Source of the DNA: Pseudomonadota bacterium
GTDB lineage: Bacteria > Myxococcota_A > Bradymonadia > UBA4248
DNA length: 64,000 bases
NCBI GenBank assembly: GCA_017464085.1
Contig: JAFUEE010000197.1
Coordinates: 8,711-72,710, forward strand
Direction of reading: 5' to 3'
Position numbers and translations under genes: made by a program. The notes beneath the pieces are model-generated. The model was not told the origin of the DNA. It did not search any database and saw only the letters and a program-made list of their open reading frames with translations. Position 1 is the first letter of the stretch, and each line of letters begins with the position of its first letter. Shown here in pieces: positions 54,308-62,992 of this stretch.

Positions 54308-56137
54308 TCATTGTCCGAGGGAAAGGATGATCGGCTTTTTGGGGTCAAGCGCGGATACATCAGCCCTGCTGACTGCAGTGCCTTCGCGGAGTTCGATCAG
54401 CATGTCTTTGATATCGCCAAAGATGTGGATATTGCAGGGCGACCTGCTGCAAGTCAGGCTGTTGTTGACATAGATTTTTGCAGTGACCGGTGTGCCGATG
54501 ACGCGGAACGTCTTATATTTCCGTGCTGTTTTGGATTTGCCCAATTGTCCGCTGATGGCAGCGACATAAGCCATGGTTTTGGCGGCTTCGCGAAGCGTGG
54601 TGAAGCGCACGATGGGCTTGGCCTGTGGCGCGGGCTCGTCTGCGGCCTGTGAGGGCGGCAGGTCCGGTTCGTCTGTCGGCAGCATTTCCTTGACCTGTTC
54701 GGGCACGAATGGGGAGTCTTCGAACATGCCGGTCTTCCATGCGTAGAAGCCGCCGCCGCTGATGGTGAGGAAAATGATGGCGGCGATGATGATGATGAGC
54801 AGGTGATGGTCTTTTGGGGGCAGTTTAGTCGGACGGATTGCGGGATCGTTGGATTTTATCGTTGGTTGCGCGAAGCTTCCGGATACGGTCCTGCTGTTTA
54901 GATTTGATGCGGGCTGCGCGAAGCTTCCAGATACGGTTCTGGCGGTCAGTGCGGGATCTGATTTGATGGGCTCAGCTTTTGGGACGCTTGTCGTGGATTT
55001 CTGGGATGCCGGCGCATCGGTTTTTGGGGGCTGTGCGGGGGTGACAAGGCCGGATATGGGCAGATCGCTTTTTGCGGATGAGATGGCTGAATTGAGGTCG
55101 CCGAGTTCGACGTGGAAAGTGCCGAGCTGCGGTTTGTTTTTGGGGATGAAGCTTGAAGATCGCCGATGTATGCTGGGCTTGTGCGCGGGTGCATCATGGC
55201 TGCCGGTCAGGTCATCGATATCGGTGAGCAGCGAGCGGCCTGCAAGGCTCGCTAGAGAGGCGGCCGGCGCATCGAGGGGGCGTTTGTTTTTCTGGTGTGA
55301 TGCGGTCCGTATGGTCTGCAAAGCTTCGCTGATATCGTCATAGAAAGCCTGCGTGGACTGATAGCGCCTGGAGACATCTTTTTCGACGGCTTTTGCGATG
55401 ATCGGCCCGAGTTCAGAATTTGCGAGCGCATCGGGCATTTTGACGGGCTCGCGCACCTGCATCTTGAGGACTTCCATGGGGTCTTCGTGATCGAAGACGA
55501 ATTCCCCGGTGAAGAGCTCGATCAGGATGAGGCCGATGGCATAGATGTCTGTCCAAGGTCCGAGCGGTTTGTGAAGAATCTGCTCCGGAGCCATATATTG
55601 CGGCGTGCCGACGAGCATATTCTTGCGCGCGTCATCGGATTTGGAGAGCAGCGAGGCGACGCCGAAGTCGATGAGCTTGGCGACATCCCGGCGAGCGCCG
55701 AGGCTGGTCAGCATGATATTTTCGGGCTTGAGGTCGCAGTGGATGATGTTGTGTTTGTGCGTTTCGACGAGCGCGTCGAGCACCTGCACCGCGATTTCGC
55801 AGATGCGGATCAGGTCGAAGGGGCCGTCTTCGTTCAGGATATCGCCGAGCTCGCGGCCGTTGACGAATTCCATGACCATGACGGGGATGCCGCCCTTGAG
55901 GATGTCGAAGTCGTAGAGGCGGACGATGTTGGGATGGTCAAGGCTCTTGATCGCGTCGATTTCGTCTTGGAAACGGGAGAGCAGGTTGTTGACTGCCTCG
56001 AGGAATTTGATCGCGACGATTCGGTCGAGTTTGATGTCCTTGGCGCGGTAGACGCTGCCAAAAGCGCCTTCTCCGACAAGGGAAACGATTTCGTATTTGT
56101 TGAGAAATACGTCCCCGACGTTTGGTTTGAATGACAT
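54308..56137 (-). CDS. Ser/Thr protein kinase with Pro/Ser-rich linker, TM helix and C-terminal PEGA-like domain
   Basis: GEGAFGSVY, AIKFL, HCDLKPENIM, DFGVA and GTPQYMAPE. TM segment LLIIIIAAIIFLTISGGGFYAW. C-terminal beta-rich TFRVIGTPVTAKIYVNN... domain. Confidence 0.85.
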   Translation of the reverse strand: MSFKPNVGDVFLNKYEIVSLVGEGAFGSVYRAKDIKLDRIVAIKFLEAVNNLLSRFQDEIDAIKSLDHPNIVRLYDFDILKGGIPVMVMEFVNGRELGDILNEDGPFDLIRICEIAVQVLDALVETHKHNIIHCDLKPENIMLTSLGARRDVAKLIDFGVASLLSKSDDARKNMLVGTPQYMAPEQILHKPLGPWTDIYAIGLILIELFTGEFVFDHEDPMEVLKMQVREPVKMPDALANSELGPIIAKAVEKDVSRRYQSTQAFYDDISEALQTIRTASHQKNKRPLDAPAASLASLAGRSLLTDIDDLTGSHDAPAHKPSIHRRSSSFIPKNKPQLGTFHVELGDLNSAISSAKSDLPISGLVTPAQPPKTDAPASQKSTTSVPKAEPIKSDPALTARTVSGSFAQPASNLNSRTVSGSFAQPTIKSNDPAIRPTKLPPKDHHLLIIIIAAIIFLTISGGGFYAWKTGMFEDSPFVPEQVKEMLPTDEPDLPPSQAADEPAPQAKPIVRFTTLREAAKTMAYVAAISGQLGKSKTARKYKTFRVIGTPVTAKIYVNNSLTCSRSPCNIHIFGDIKDMLIELREGTAVSRADVSALDPKKPIILSLGQ

Positions 56138-56653
56138 TTACAGCCCCTTGCGACGTTTGACTTCTTCAAGGACCTGTTGGTACTTGACATCCCATGCCAG
56201 GGATCCTTCGCTTAAATTCTTGATTTTCTTGCGCACTTCTGCATCGAGCTCGTCGTCAATCGAGGTATGCTTGAGCAGGATGGGCCTGGAGATGCGCCGT
56301 ATCTCGTTGTTGTCAGCCCAGACTTCTTCGACGTGGCTGGTGTGGAATAGCATTTCGATGAGCTGTTCGGTGATCCAGTCGATCGCGTCATCGCCGAGCG
56401 TGAAATTGTATTTCTTGGCCACTTCGCGCTTGAGGCGTCCGAGCGCGCTGAAATCGAGGTTTCGCCTTGCGATCAGGTCTTGCGCTTCTTCGTGGATGCG
56501 TCGGTCAGTGTCGGCATAAGAGTTCAGAACGGCGGCAATGTCGAGGCGGAATTCGTCCAATTCTTCTTTGGCGACTTCGACGGCTTTCTGTGCGATCAGC
56601 TGATCGGCGATCTCATTGGCCATCATGGGGACGCGGCCTTTGTAAATTTTCAT
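56138..56653 (-). CDS. DUF507-family protein
   Basis: 171 aa. The C-terminal ...EGSLAWDVKYQQVLEEVKRRKG resembles the DUF507 consensus tail as I recall it. The stop TAA (56140-56138) abuts the kinase ATG (56137-56135). Confidence 0.6.
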   Translation of the reverse strand: MKIYKGRVPMMANEIADQLIAQKAVEVAKEELDEFRLDIAAVLNSYADTDRRIHEEAQDLIARRNLDFSALGRLKREVAKKYNFTLGDDAIDWITEQLIEMLFHTSHVEEVWADNNEIRRISRPILLKHTSIDDELDAEVRKKIKNLSEGSLAWDVKYQQVLEEVKRRKGL

Positions 56654-56727
56654 GGCAGTCCTAAGGGAGGGTGTGTGGTGGGGGGCGGACAGAGAGGTTT
56701 AAGTGCCTCATAGTATCCAATTTTCTG

Positions 56728-56755
56728 ATTATATTGATATGCAGATATTCTGCAA
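56728..56755 (-). promoter_or_regulatory. Candidate promoter of the DUF507-kinase operon
   Basis: Minus strand: TTGCAG (56755-50), 16 nt spacer, TATAAT (56733-28). The palindrome GCAGA-TAT-TCTGC (56741-56753) overlaps the -35 element. Confidence 0.45.
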
Positions 56756-56828
56756 CGCTTTTCACGCGCCTAAAACTCTTGTCTTGAGATGTGTGGCGCG
56801 GCCTTTCGCTTTCGCGATACGGCACGCG

Positions 56829-56863
56829 CCGTGCCGCTATGGCTGTCGCCATACGCGGCACGG
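56829..56863. repeat. REP-like bulged palindrome
   Basis: ccgtgccgctatggctgtcgccatacgcggcacgg. Confidence 0.8.
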
Positions 56864-56887
56864 CTTTATGCATGCGCAGCGGCGCGT

Positions 56888-57331
56888 TCAGTCTTCGTCC
56901 GGGTGGCAGTGGCAGTCCGAGTCATGGCAGTTTCCGCAGTCGCCGCTGCAGCTGCCGTGGCAACCGCCGCAACCGCCGTGGCAGCTGCTGCATCCGCCGC
57001 CGCACCCGCCGCCATAGAGCGCCTGCACGGCGGGATCCAGTGCGGTGATCAGAAAGCCGCCTGCTTCGTCGGCAAGCGCTTCGTATTGCACGTCGAGGCC
57101 GCCCACGGCTTCGAGAAGCTCGCGTTCCACAATGACTTTGAGGCCGTCAAATTCGCAGCATTCGTCGAGTTCTTGCGAATAGTTGTCGAGCATCAGGCTC
57201 CATTCCGGGCCGAATGTGCTCATGCCGGAGATATAGAGCCTGATTCCCTGTGTCGGGAGCCTGTCTGGGGTGCGTGCGAGAAGTTCATGCAGCTTGGCGA
57301 CGGAGAGTTCTGAGATGCGAAATGGTGCCAT
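56888..57331 (-). CDS. HesB/IscA-fold-like protein lacking the canonical Cys ligands, with a Cys/His/Gly-rich C-terminal tail
   Basis: The layout parallels IscA: ...AKLHELLA...GIRLYISG....F...L, and GLKVIVE...L....LDY-like. The tail GGGCGGGCSSCHGGCGGCHGSCSGDCGNCHDSDCHCHPDED is encoded at about 56888-57010. ATG at 57329-57331. Confidence 0.55.
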   Translation of the reverse strand: MAPFRISELSVAKLHELLARTPDRLPTQGIRLYISGMSTFGPEWSLMLDNYSQELDECCEFDGLKVIVERELLEAVGGLDVQYEALADEAGGFLITALDPAVQALYGGGCGGGCSSCHGGCGGCHGSCSGDCGNCHDSDCHCHPDED

Positions 57332-57363
57332 GTTGTTCACCTTGTGTTTATGTATGCGAATAA

Positions 57364-57430
57364 AGCGCGCCGTATTGCCGCAGGCAACAGGCGCGCTCCC
57401 ATGCGGGCCGTATGCGCATCGCGCATAGGC
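57364..57430. repeat. Two REP-like bulged palindromes
   Basis: agcgcgccgtattgccgcaggcaacaggcgcgct (57364-57397) and ggccgtatgcgcatcgcgcataggc (57407-57430). Confidence 0.8.
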
Positions 57431-57433
57431 GCG

Positions 57434-58993
57434 TTAAAATACCTGTGCTTCAAAGACCTGGAAGGATGCGCCATCGCGCCAGGCGTCGGGCGGAAGTCCG
57501 GCTTTCATCGACAGGGCCGAGAGCGTCTGTGGCAGTGTCCATCCCTGTTCCGGCGCGACTTGCGGCAAAAAAACGGCGCTGCGGCGGTGTTTGCGCAGGA
57601 TGATGCCATGGCGGCCGAGTTCGATTTCTTCATAGCTGGCGATGTCTTGAGGCTTTGTGAGCACGGAAATCTCGACTTTGAGTCCGGGAAGCTCGTCTTT
57701 GGTGACCGGATCGAACCTCGGGTCGTTGAGCGCGGCATCTTGCGCGCGTCCCCAGAGGCTTTCCGCCAGGCGTGCTACCGGGATGATGTTGCCGATGCAT
57801 CCGCGCAGTTCGCCGTCCGGCGTGTTGAGCGTGACGAAGACGCCGTAGGATTCGCGGAAGACATCGGGATCGGGGCCGAGGTCGATGTCTTTGGGCATGC
57901 GCGTGACGGCCTGTGCGCTGACGGCGCTTTGGAGCGCGCGCTGCACCAGGGCATGCGCGGCAGGCTTTGCCTGGTCGGAGACGGGCGATTTCGTGTCGTC
58001 CGCGACGGCATCGGAGACCGAAAGGGCGATGTAGGAAACGGAGGCATCGTCATCGCCGGAGCGTCGTCCCGAGGTGTCGTAAGCGAGTTCGGTGACGCGC
58101 TGGCCGGTATGTTCGTATAATGCTGAGAGGACGCGCAGAGAATTGATGCCGCAGGCGGCATGCGGATTGTCATGTGCAAAGCGTTCAAATGCATCGCTGT
58201 CGAGCGCGGAAATCGCCGATACAGTGCGCAGGTCGTATGCGCGGATCTGTGGCTGGACCGGTGCCCCGAATGGCACAAAGCCATAATCTTCGCCATAATG
58301 AATGAAGTCGCTCGATATGATGAGGAGGTCGCGCGGCCCGAGTTCTGACTTGAGCGCGTCCGCGAATGTGCGCACGTTGTCTGTGGAAAGCTCCCCGACG
58401 ATGATCGGGATGAGCTTGGGGGCGCGTGTGCCGAAAACGGCCTGGACAAACGGCAGCTGGATTTCGATGGCGTGTTCGAGCCTGTGAGCGCCGTCATCGA
58501 TGCCGATGATGCCGGAGGCGCGCCATTGCTCGATGCGCGCGGTATCTATGGGGAGGATGCCGAGCGGTGTCTCGAAGGCGTCTGCAGATACGGAGACCGG
58601 GCCGCGCACGGGCACGCGATGATTGGGGCAGAGGATGAAGACGCGGTCGTATGCGGCTGGATCGAGGGCTTTGTAGGCGGCTGCGGCGGTCGGTCCTGAC
58701 CAGTAATGGCCGGCATGCGGCACGACGATCGCGCGGATGTTCTTGACGCTTGTCGGACTTGCGGGCGCGTTTTCGAGATAGGATGAGATGCTTTTGGAGA
58801 GCTTTGCCGGATCTGCTTCATACCATTTCCCGGCTAAAGCTGCGGGACGGATCTTTTGGGGCATGGGATGACCTTGGGGTTGGCCTGGCACTGCGGCATC
58901 TGGCGGCGCGGAATGCGGCGATTCTGCGGGTTTTGCCGTGCAGGCGGTCAGAAAAAAACATAGGGTGATGGCAAATGGCCTTGAGATTGTCAT
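57434..58993 (-). CDS. Fusion lipoprotein: MEMO1-like (AmmeMemoRadiSam protein B type) domain plus AMMECR1 (protein A type) domain
   Basis: Lipobox FFLTAC. MEMO-like VVPHAGHYWSGPTAA...ISSDFIHYGE. AMMECR1 core GVFVTL....GELRGCIG and HGIIL......SAVFLPQV. Start chosen at ATG 58991-58993 (MTISRPF...); ATG 59056 is the alternative. Confidence 0.8.
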   Translation of the reverse strand: MTISRPFAITLCFFLTACTAKPAESPHSAPPDAAVPGQPQGHPMPQKIRPAALAGKWYEADPAKLSKSISSYLENAPASPTSVKNIRAIVVPHAGHYWSGPTAAAAYKALDPAAYDRVFILCPNHRVPVRGPVSVSADAFETPLGILPIDTARIEQWRASGIIGIDDGAHRLEHAIEIQLPFVQAVFGTRAPKLIPIIVGELSTDNVRTFADALKSELGPRDLLIISSDFIHYGEDYGFVPFGAPVQPQIRAYDLRTVSAISALDSDAFERFAHDNPHAACGINSLRVLSALYEHTGQRVTELAYDTSGRRSGDDDASVSYIALSVSDAVADDTKSPVSDQAKPAAHALVQRALQSAVSAQAVTRMPKDIDLGPDPDVFRESYGVFVTLNTPDGELRGCIGNIIPVARLAESLWGRAQDAALNDPRFDPVTKDELPGLKVEISVLTKPQDIASYEEIELGRHGIILRKHRRSAVFLPQVAPEQGWTLPQTLSALSMKAGLPPDAWRDGASFQVFEAQVF

Positions 58994-59074
58994 ATCATGA
59001 AGTTCAGTCGAGGTTTCCGGCAGCGGAAACTCATTGTCAGAGTATACACCAAGCATCCAGATTCAGCATGAAAT

Positions 59075-61129
59075 ATGTATCAGTTTGACCCGTCGCTTTT
59101 TAATCCTCAGCAGCTCCGGGCGGTCATGCACAAAGACGGCCCGATGCTCGTCCTCGCGGGAGCGGGAAGCGGCAAGACCCGTGTCATCGCGCACCGCGTC
59201 GCCTATCTGATCGAAAACGAACATGTCTCCCCAGACCAGATTGTTGCCGTCAGTTTTACAAACAAGGCTGCGCGCGAACTGAAGAGCCGCGTGGCCGAAC
59301 TCGTGGGCGGATCAAGGGTTTCTCATTGCCATCTGTCGACATTCCACTCGCTGGGGTTTGAAATTCTCCACACGCATATCACGAAGCTCGGCTGGAAGCT
59401 GCCGTTTGCAATCATCGATTCGGACGATCAGGCCGGGATCATCAAAAATATCCTCAAGGATATGCATTTTCATGGCGGCAACAGCCTTGAGGTTCAGGAA
59501 CTGCTGGGCTTCATCTCGCGGGTCAAGACGGCGCATGTGCCGCCGCTCAAGTATCCAGGCATGAGCTTTAATCCGAAGCGGCGGACGCTCGAGCGCGTCT
59601 TCAACGACTATCAGACCATACGCAAGTCGATGAACGCGATTGATTTTGACGATATGATCGCGCTTCCCGTCGAGCTTTTCGAGACATTCGAGGATGTGCT
59701 GGACAGATATACCGAGGCCTGGCGTTACCTGCTCGTAGACGAATACCAGGATACGAACAGCCTGCAGTTCAAGTTTTTGCAGCTTCTGTGCAGGGCGCGT
59801 CAGAACATCATGGTCGTCGGTGACGACGATCAGTCGATTTATGCTTTCCGCGGTGCGGATTCGAAGCATATCCTCGAGTTTCCGACATTTTTCGATGGCG
59901 TGGAGGTTGTTTCGCTTGAGCAGAACTACCGCTCGCATCAGATTATTCTGGATGCGGCCAATGGGGTGATCGCCAAAAATGTCGTGCGTCATGCGAAGAC
60001 GCTCCACAGCGAAAAAATTTCGGGGGACAAGATTCAGGCATACAGCTGTCCGACCCCGGAAGCGGAAGCGGAATTTGTGATCAGCCAGATCAAGAGCCTC
60101 AGAGCTGCAAAAAATCTGAGTTATCGCGATATCGCGATTCTTTACAGGACGAATCCGCAGAGCAAGGTTTTGGATGAGAAGCTGTTCCGTTCGGGGATTC
60201 CGTATCGGATTGTGGGCGGCACCAAGCTGTATGACCGCGCCGAGATCCGCGATCTGCTGTACTATCTGCGAGCGGTCTATGCGTTTCACGACGAGCTTGC
60301 TCTGCGCCGGATCATCAACATTCCTCGCCGGGGGATTGCCGCCAGGACGCTCGAGCGTTTTGACGAAGTCGCGCATGCCGGCGACCTGACTTATTTCGAG
60401 GCGCTCAAAGAAGTCAGTGATTCCGGGACGCTTCCCGGGGCGGCTGGGCTCAAGCTGCGTGAGTTCATTGAGCTGATTGAGCGTTTTCACAAGCGTTTTA
60501 TGGCGAAATCAGCCCCGATGTCGGAGACGATGCGTGCGCTTGTCGAGGAGCTGCATTATATCGCCTATCTGCAGAGTTCCAGCGGCACAGATGCTTATGC
60601 GCAGCATCGGCGCGCCAATATCGATATTCTGCTCAATGCGCTCGATTCATTTGAGGCGCATGAGTATGCCGAAGGGCGAGATGGACGCGATCCTGGGGCA
60701 TTCCTCAGGCAGACGCTCCTCGATGAGCTGCCGCAAAAAGACGAGACGGACGATGCCGACCAGATCACGCTGATGACGCTGCATTCGTCAAAAGGGCTTG
60801 AATTTCCTGCGGTCTATATCGTGGGGTGTGAAGAAAACCTGTTGCCGCATGCCAATTCGCTTAAAGAACCGGCGCTTTCTGAGGAGCGGCGTCTGTTTTA
60901 TGTCGGCATCACGCGCGCCAGGCAGTATCTGACGCTCACGTATGCGCGTAACCGGCGCAAGATGTACGACATGCTCGATATCGAGCCGTCCCGTTTCCTC
61001 AAGGATATACCGAAGCATACGATTGAATATCACGATGCGGCGGATTTAGCGAGTGATGCGGTGCGCGAGGATGAGCAGGCCGCGAAGATGGCAAGCCGGC
61101 TTGCGCAGATGCGGAGCCTGTTCAAATAG
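59075..61129 (+). CDS. UvrD/PcrA/Rep-family ATP-dependent DNA helicase
   Basis: LNPQQLRAV, AGAGSGKT (motif I), VDEYQDTN (motif II), TLHSSKGLEF (motif V) and YVGITRA (motif VI). Confidence 0.9.
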   Translation: MYQFDPSLFNPQQLRAVMHKDGPMLVLAGAGSGKTRVIAHRVAYLIENEHVSPDQIVAVSFTNKAARELKSRVAELVGGSRVSHCHLSTFHSLGFEILHTHITKLGWKLPFAIIDSDDQAGIIKNILKDMHFHGGNSLEVQELLGFISRVKTAHVPPLKYPGMSFNPKRRTLERVFNDYQTIRKSMNAIDFDDMIALPVELFETFEDVLDRYTEAWRYLLVDEYQDTNSLQFKFLQLLCRARQNIMVVGDDDQSIYAFRGADSKHILEFPTFFDGVEVVSLEQNYRSHQIILDAANGVIAKNVVRHAKTLHSEKISGDKIQAYSCPTPEAEAEFVISQIKSLRAAKNLSYRDIAILYRTNPQSKVLDEKLFRSGIPYRIVGGTKLYDRAEIRDLLYYLRAVYAFHDELALRRIINIPRRGIAARTLERFDEVAHAGDLTYFEALKEVSDSGTLPGAAGLKLREFIELIERFHKRFMAKSAPMSETMRALVEELHYIAYLQSSSGTDAYAQHRRANIDILLNALDSFEAHEYAEGRDGRDPGAFLRQTLLDELPQKDETDDADQITLMTLHSSKGLEFPAVYIVGCEENLLPHANSLKEPALSEERRLFYVGITRARQYLTLTYARNRRKMYDMLDIEPSRFLKDIPKHTIEYHDAADLASDAVREDEQAAKMASRLAQMRSLFK

Positions 61130-61299
61130 GCTTCTGTGGGAGAGGCATTTGCAAGACTACATTTGCAAAGCCGTGGCGGATATGTCATATTTGTCAGATG
61201 GCATTGGAACAGACCGGCCTTGTAAAGCAAGTGCCGGGAGCAGACCTGATGAATTCCGCCAGACTTGTTCCGGCGGAGAGTGCATGAAGGAGAGAGTAC

Positions 61300-62976
61300 G
61301 TGAACCATTCCGCATGGAAACTGACAGTATTTGGACTTGCAGCGGTTCTGGTCGTGGGCGGCTGCGATCTCAAGCGGCGATCTGGCAACAGTGGGGGCGA
61401 TGAGGGCTCGGACGGTGGTCACGGAAAAGCTGCCGAAAATTTTGTGATCGATGATACGGGGACGGCTCGTCTGCTTCCTCCGGATGATCTTCAGCAGCGC
61501 CAGGGCAAAGAAGTGACAGACCTGACGCAGGGGGGCAGCAATGCTCAGGGCACGCGCCCGGGGAACAGCTGGATTTATGACAGCAAGAATAACGGTTTTT
61601 TCCTCGTTGCGGCAGCGAGCAAGCCTGGAACGAATGGCGGCGATATGATTCGCCGTGTGGATCTCGGCGGCAGCATCAAGGAATTTGACTACGACAAGGA
61701 AATCACTGGCGCGCAGGGCGCATATATTTATGTGCCCGATGAGATGCGCAACGCTGTGCCCGCGAAATATGTCGATGCGGATGGGCTTTATTCAGGCATT
61801 ATTTGCGGCTTTGTGCCGGGGCCGAACAAGACCGTGATCGCGCTTTCGGCTGGCTCCGAGGGCGGTGTGGCTTTTGTCATCAATCCATATGAGGAAGCGT
61901 CTGCCTTTACGCCGCTTCAGGCCATCAAGTTCCCGTATGCGAGCAATGCGTGCCGTGGCGTGTATTCTGACGCGCTCAAGAAGCTCTATGTCATCGATGT
62001 GGCGCGTGTCGAGTCGCAGGCCGGTCAGACCGGCGTGTTCGTGGCCGATATTTACAACGATAACCGTGGCGTCATCGCGTCCTACTATGCATTCGACCTC
62101 AAGAATCGCATCAATTCGCATTCGATTCCGAATTTCCAGAGCATCGAGGTCTATAATGATGCGCTGTTCCTGCTCAGCGGCAACGGGCGCTTTGATGCCG
62201 AATGGGATACGGTAGTATATCATGTGCCGCTCAATGCGGCAGGGGAGCCTATTTTTGCGAACTATAAGTACACGAGGACGAACAACCCGATTGTCCGTGC
62301 GGACGGGTGTGCGATCAGCTCGTGGAATATCGCGGCGCTTGCGGTTGCAGACCACAAGGGCAAGCCGGTGCTGCTCACGACGGGCACGACATCGATCATT
62401 GCCTGGGAGATCGGCAACGACGGTGAACTCAAGAAAATCGACATGAATCCGAACCGTCCGGGTGTTCAGGGGCTCAGCACGGTGAACAACGGCCAGGGCG
62501 GCCTCAAGTTTGCCTACTCCCCGGATGGCAAGACGCTTTATGCTCTGCCGCACTGCCGTTCCGGTGAAAATAAGATCAAGCTCGCGCTCGACGGCCGTCC
62601 CGAATTCGTCTTCAGCGCGACGGCGCTCGATCCCGATACGCTCCAGGCGAAAGATCCGATTGATATCAATTATCGCGATTTCCTCAAGGGGCTCAAGGGC
62701 GTGAGCTATCTGCCGCAGTTCACGATGACGACGCGCGATTTCGCCGTGGGCAAGAACCACATGGCAGTGCTCGGCTCTTCGGCGTCCAATCTTTCGGGTC
62801 TCAATGCCGGCGCCGACATCTCTATTATCGACCTCAAGAAAAAGACGAACATCACGTTCAACAAGCCCGACAGCCGCAACGCGCATGAGCAGAATTACGG
62901 CTTCAAGCTTGCGCAGGGCGATCCCAAGTTTGAGCGCGTCGAGCAGAATTCGCATGCGGTCATCTGGGTGCCGTGA
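61300..62976 (+). CDS. Lipoprotein, unknown function (beta-rich, possibly propeller-like)
   Basis: GTG start with a strong GAAGGAGAG RBS. Lipobox LVVGGC. No family recognised. Confidence 0.6.
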   Translation: MNHSAWKLTVFGLAAVLVVGGCDLKRRSGNSGGDEGSDGGHGKAAENFVIDDTGTARLLPPDDLQQRQGKEVTDLTQGGSNAQGTRPGNSWIYDSKNNGFFLVAAASKPGTNGGDMIRRVDLGGSIKEFDYDKEITGAQGAYIYVPDEMRNAVPAKYVDADGLYSGIICGFVPGPNKTVIALSAGSEGGVAFVINPYEEASAFTPLQAIKFPYASNACRGVYSDALKKLYVIDVARVESQAGQTGVFVADIYNDNRGVIASYYAFDLKNRINSHSIPNFQSIEVYNDALFLLSGNGRFDAEWDTVVYHVPLNAAGEPIFANYKYTRTNNPIVRADGCAISSWNIAALAVADHKGKPVLLTTGTTSIIAWEIGNDGELKKIDMNPNRPGVQGLSTVNNGQGGLKFAYSPDGKTLYALPHCRSGENKIKLALDGRPEFVFSATALDPDTLQAKDPIDINYRDFLKGLKGVSYLPQFTMTTRDFAVGKNHMAVLGSSASNLSGLNAGADISIIDLKKKTNITFNKPDSRNAHEQNYGFKLAQGDPKFERVEQNSHAVIWVP

Positions 62977-62992
62977 TTTTGTGCGCAGCCAT

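Noticed and set aside
54867-54941. 48-bp direct duplication inside the kinase linker (encodes RTVSGSFAQP twice)
   Set aside because: It is an in-frame duplication in a low-complexity Pro/Ser-rich linker. This is common in such linkers and carries no further signal.
56888-57331. Selenocysteine recoding in the HesB-like gene (HesB-like selenoproteins exist)
   Set aside because: No in-frame TGA lies within the ORF, and I saw no SECIS-like hairpin. The position of the first Cys ligand is simply substituted.
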